Part shown: positions 63,230 through 64,000 of the stretch, piece after piece
Numbering within the stretch: position 1 is the stretch's first letter
Layout of the letters: the number at the start of each line of letters is the position of its first letter
Assembly (NCBI RefSeq): GCF_009914755.1
Contig: NC_060934.1
Direction: 5' to 3' (one strand)
DNA from: the human T2T-CHM13v2.0 reference genome, Homo sapiens
Length of the DNA: 64,000 bases
Position numbers and translations under genes: made by a program
The notes under the pieces: model-generated
Told to the model about the DNA's origin: nothing
Database searches by the model: none
The model's input: the letters and a program-made list of their open reading frames with translations, nothing else

Positions 63230-64000
63230 CCTGGAGGGCCGCGGGGAACTAGGGACCCAGGCCCCTGAGAGTCGGCGTGCGGCCAGCTAAAACCCGCGGC
63301 ATCCCGGCGCTGCCACCACCGCCACCCACGCCACCCACCAGTGCAGGCTCCATACTCTTGGAAAGAAGGGGCCCGCGGATGCCTGAAGTCTCCACTTGGC
63401 CCAGTTCCTTACATGGTGTACCCAGGGGAGGCCGGGGAGGTCAGGGCCCGTAGCCATCCGTAGATCCCGGGGCCGCCGCGCACCGGCATATGGGAGCGCG
63501 CCACGGTCTTGCAGCCGCCATCCCTCGGCCGAGGCCCACACCTACCCATGGGCCAGATCCCCGGGCCCCGGCACCTGCTCCGGCAGCGTCCCCGCTCCAG
63601 CGGCCCGGCGCTCACGCCCCTCGCGCTTGAGCCTGGGCGCGCAACAGCTTCCGCAGAGACGCGGGCGCCTAGCCATCCCCGCCGCTCGCCGCGTACCTTC
63701 CTCACCACCGCCGCCTTCGCCCCCTGGCACTACCGCGGGTCCGCACTCCACGCCGGGCTGATTCCGGCGCTCGCTCACTCTCTTTTTTCTTCCGTCCACG
63801 TCCCGCACGATGACGTTACGTCAGTGGCGTAAGAGTAAACCTGGGCAGCCGGCCCTACGCTGTTGACGTGGGGCGAGGGCCTGTCCTGGAGCTGCGGCGC
63901 GGCAATGGCGTAGGCCCCTTTCGAGAATCAAGCCAGCGCTCCACGTGGCGGGCCAGCCCACCAGGCCCCGGCAGCCTGGAAGAGGCGGGACTCGAGTTCA
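63230..64000. promoter_or_regulatory. CpG island / ALDH18A1 promoter
   Basis: Abrupt rise in GC and CpG content around exon 1. Contains a CRE-half-site palindrome (63811-63823), TGACGTGG (63864-63871) and the E-box CCACGTGG (63941-63948). Confidence 0.92.
63697..63800 (-). other. ALDH18A1: ALDH18A1 exon 1 (5'UTR, non-coding; TSS approximate)
   Basis: Donor GAGGAAG|GTACGC at 63697/63696 inside the CpG island. No ATG in this exon. Confidence 0.75.

Noticed and set aside
63287-63832. Several GC-rich ORFs on both strands in the CpG island
   Set aside because: Long stop-free frames are expected in GC-rich DNA, and none resembles a known protein.

Overview
Human (primate) genomic DNA containing the complete ALDH18A1 gene (delta-1-pyrroline-5-carboxylate synthase, P5CS) on the minus strand. 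It has 18 exons: non-coding exon 1 in a CpG island at about 63.7-63.8 kb, ATG at 60510, TGA at 13900-13902 and AATAAA at 13093-13098. The 17 coding exons, each placed by its GT/AG boundaries, sum to 2388 nt (795 aa + stop). Downstream of the gene is a processed RPS3A pseudogene inserted into an old L1. The rest is dense in Alu, L1, MaLR/ERV LTR and DNA-transposon remnants. No new protein-coding system was found: the other ORFs are repeat-derived, antisense shadows of exons or short ORFs with no recognisable product. The best leads are regulatory or structural: (1) a QKI/RBFOX motif cluster just downstream of the tandem exon-6 donors that make the ornithine-sensitive short and insensitive long P5CS isoforms; (2) a 37-bp-stem near-perfect hairpin in intron 10 that matches no transposon I recognise; (3) an in-frame, stop-free 102-nt intron 14 next to the catalytic Cys; (4) a 77-bp young L1 stub with a 19-bp TSD bringing a sense AATAAA into intron 1; (5) an Ile299 coding allele. 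Repeat subfamily calls and boundaries are by eye and approximate.
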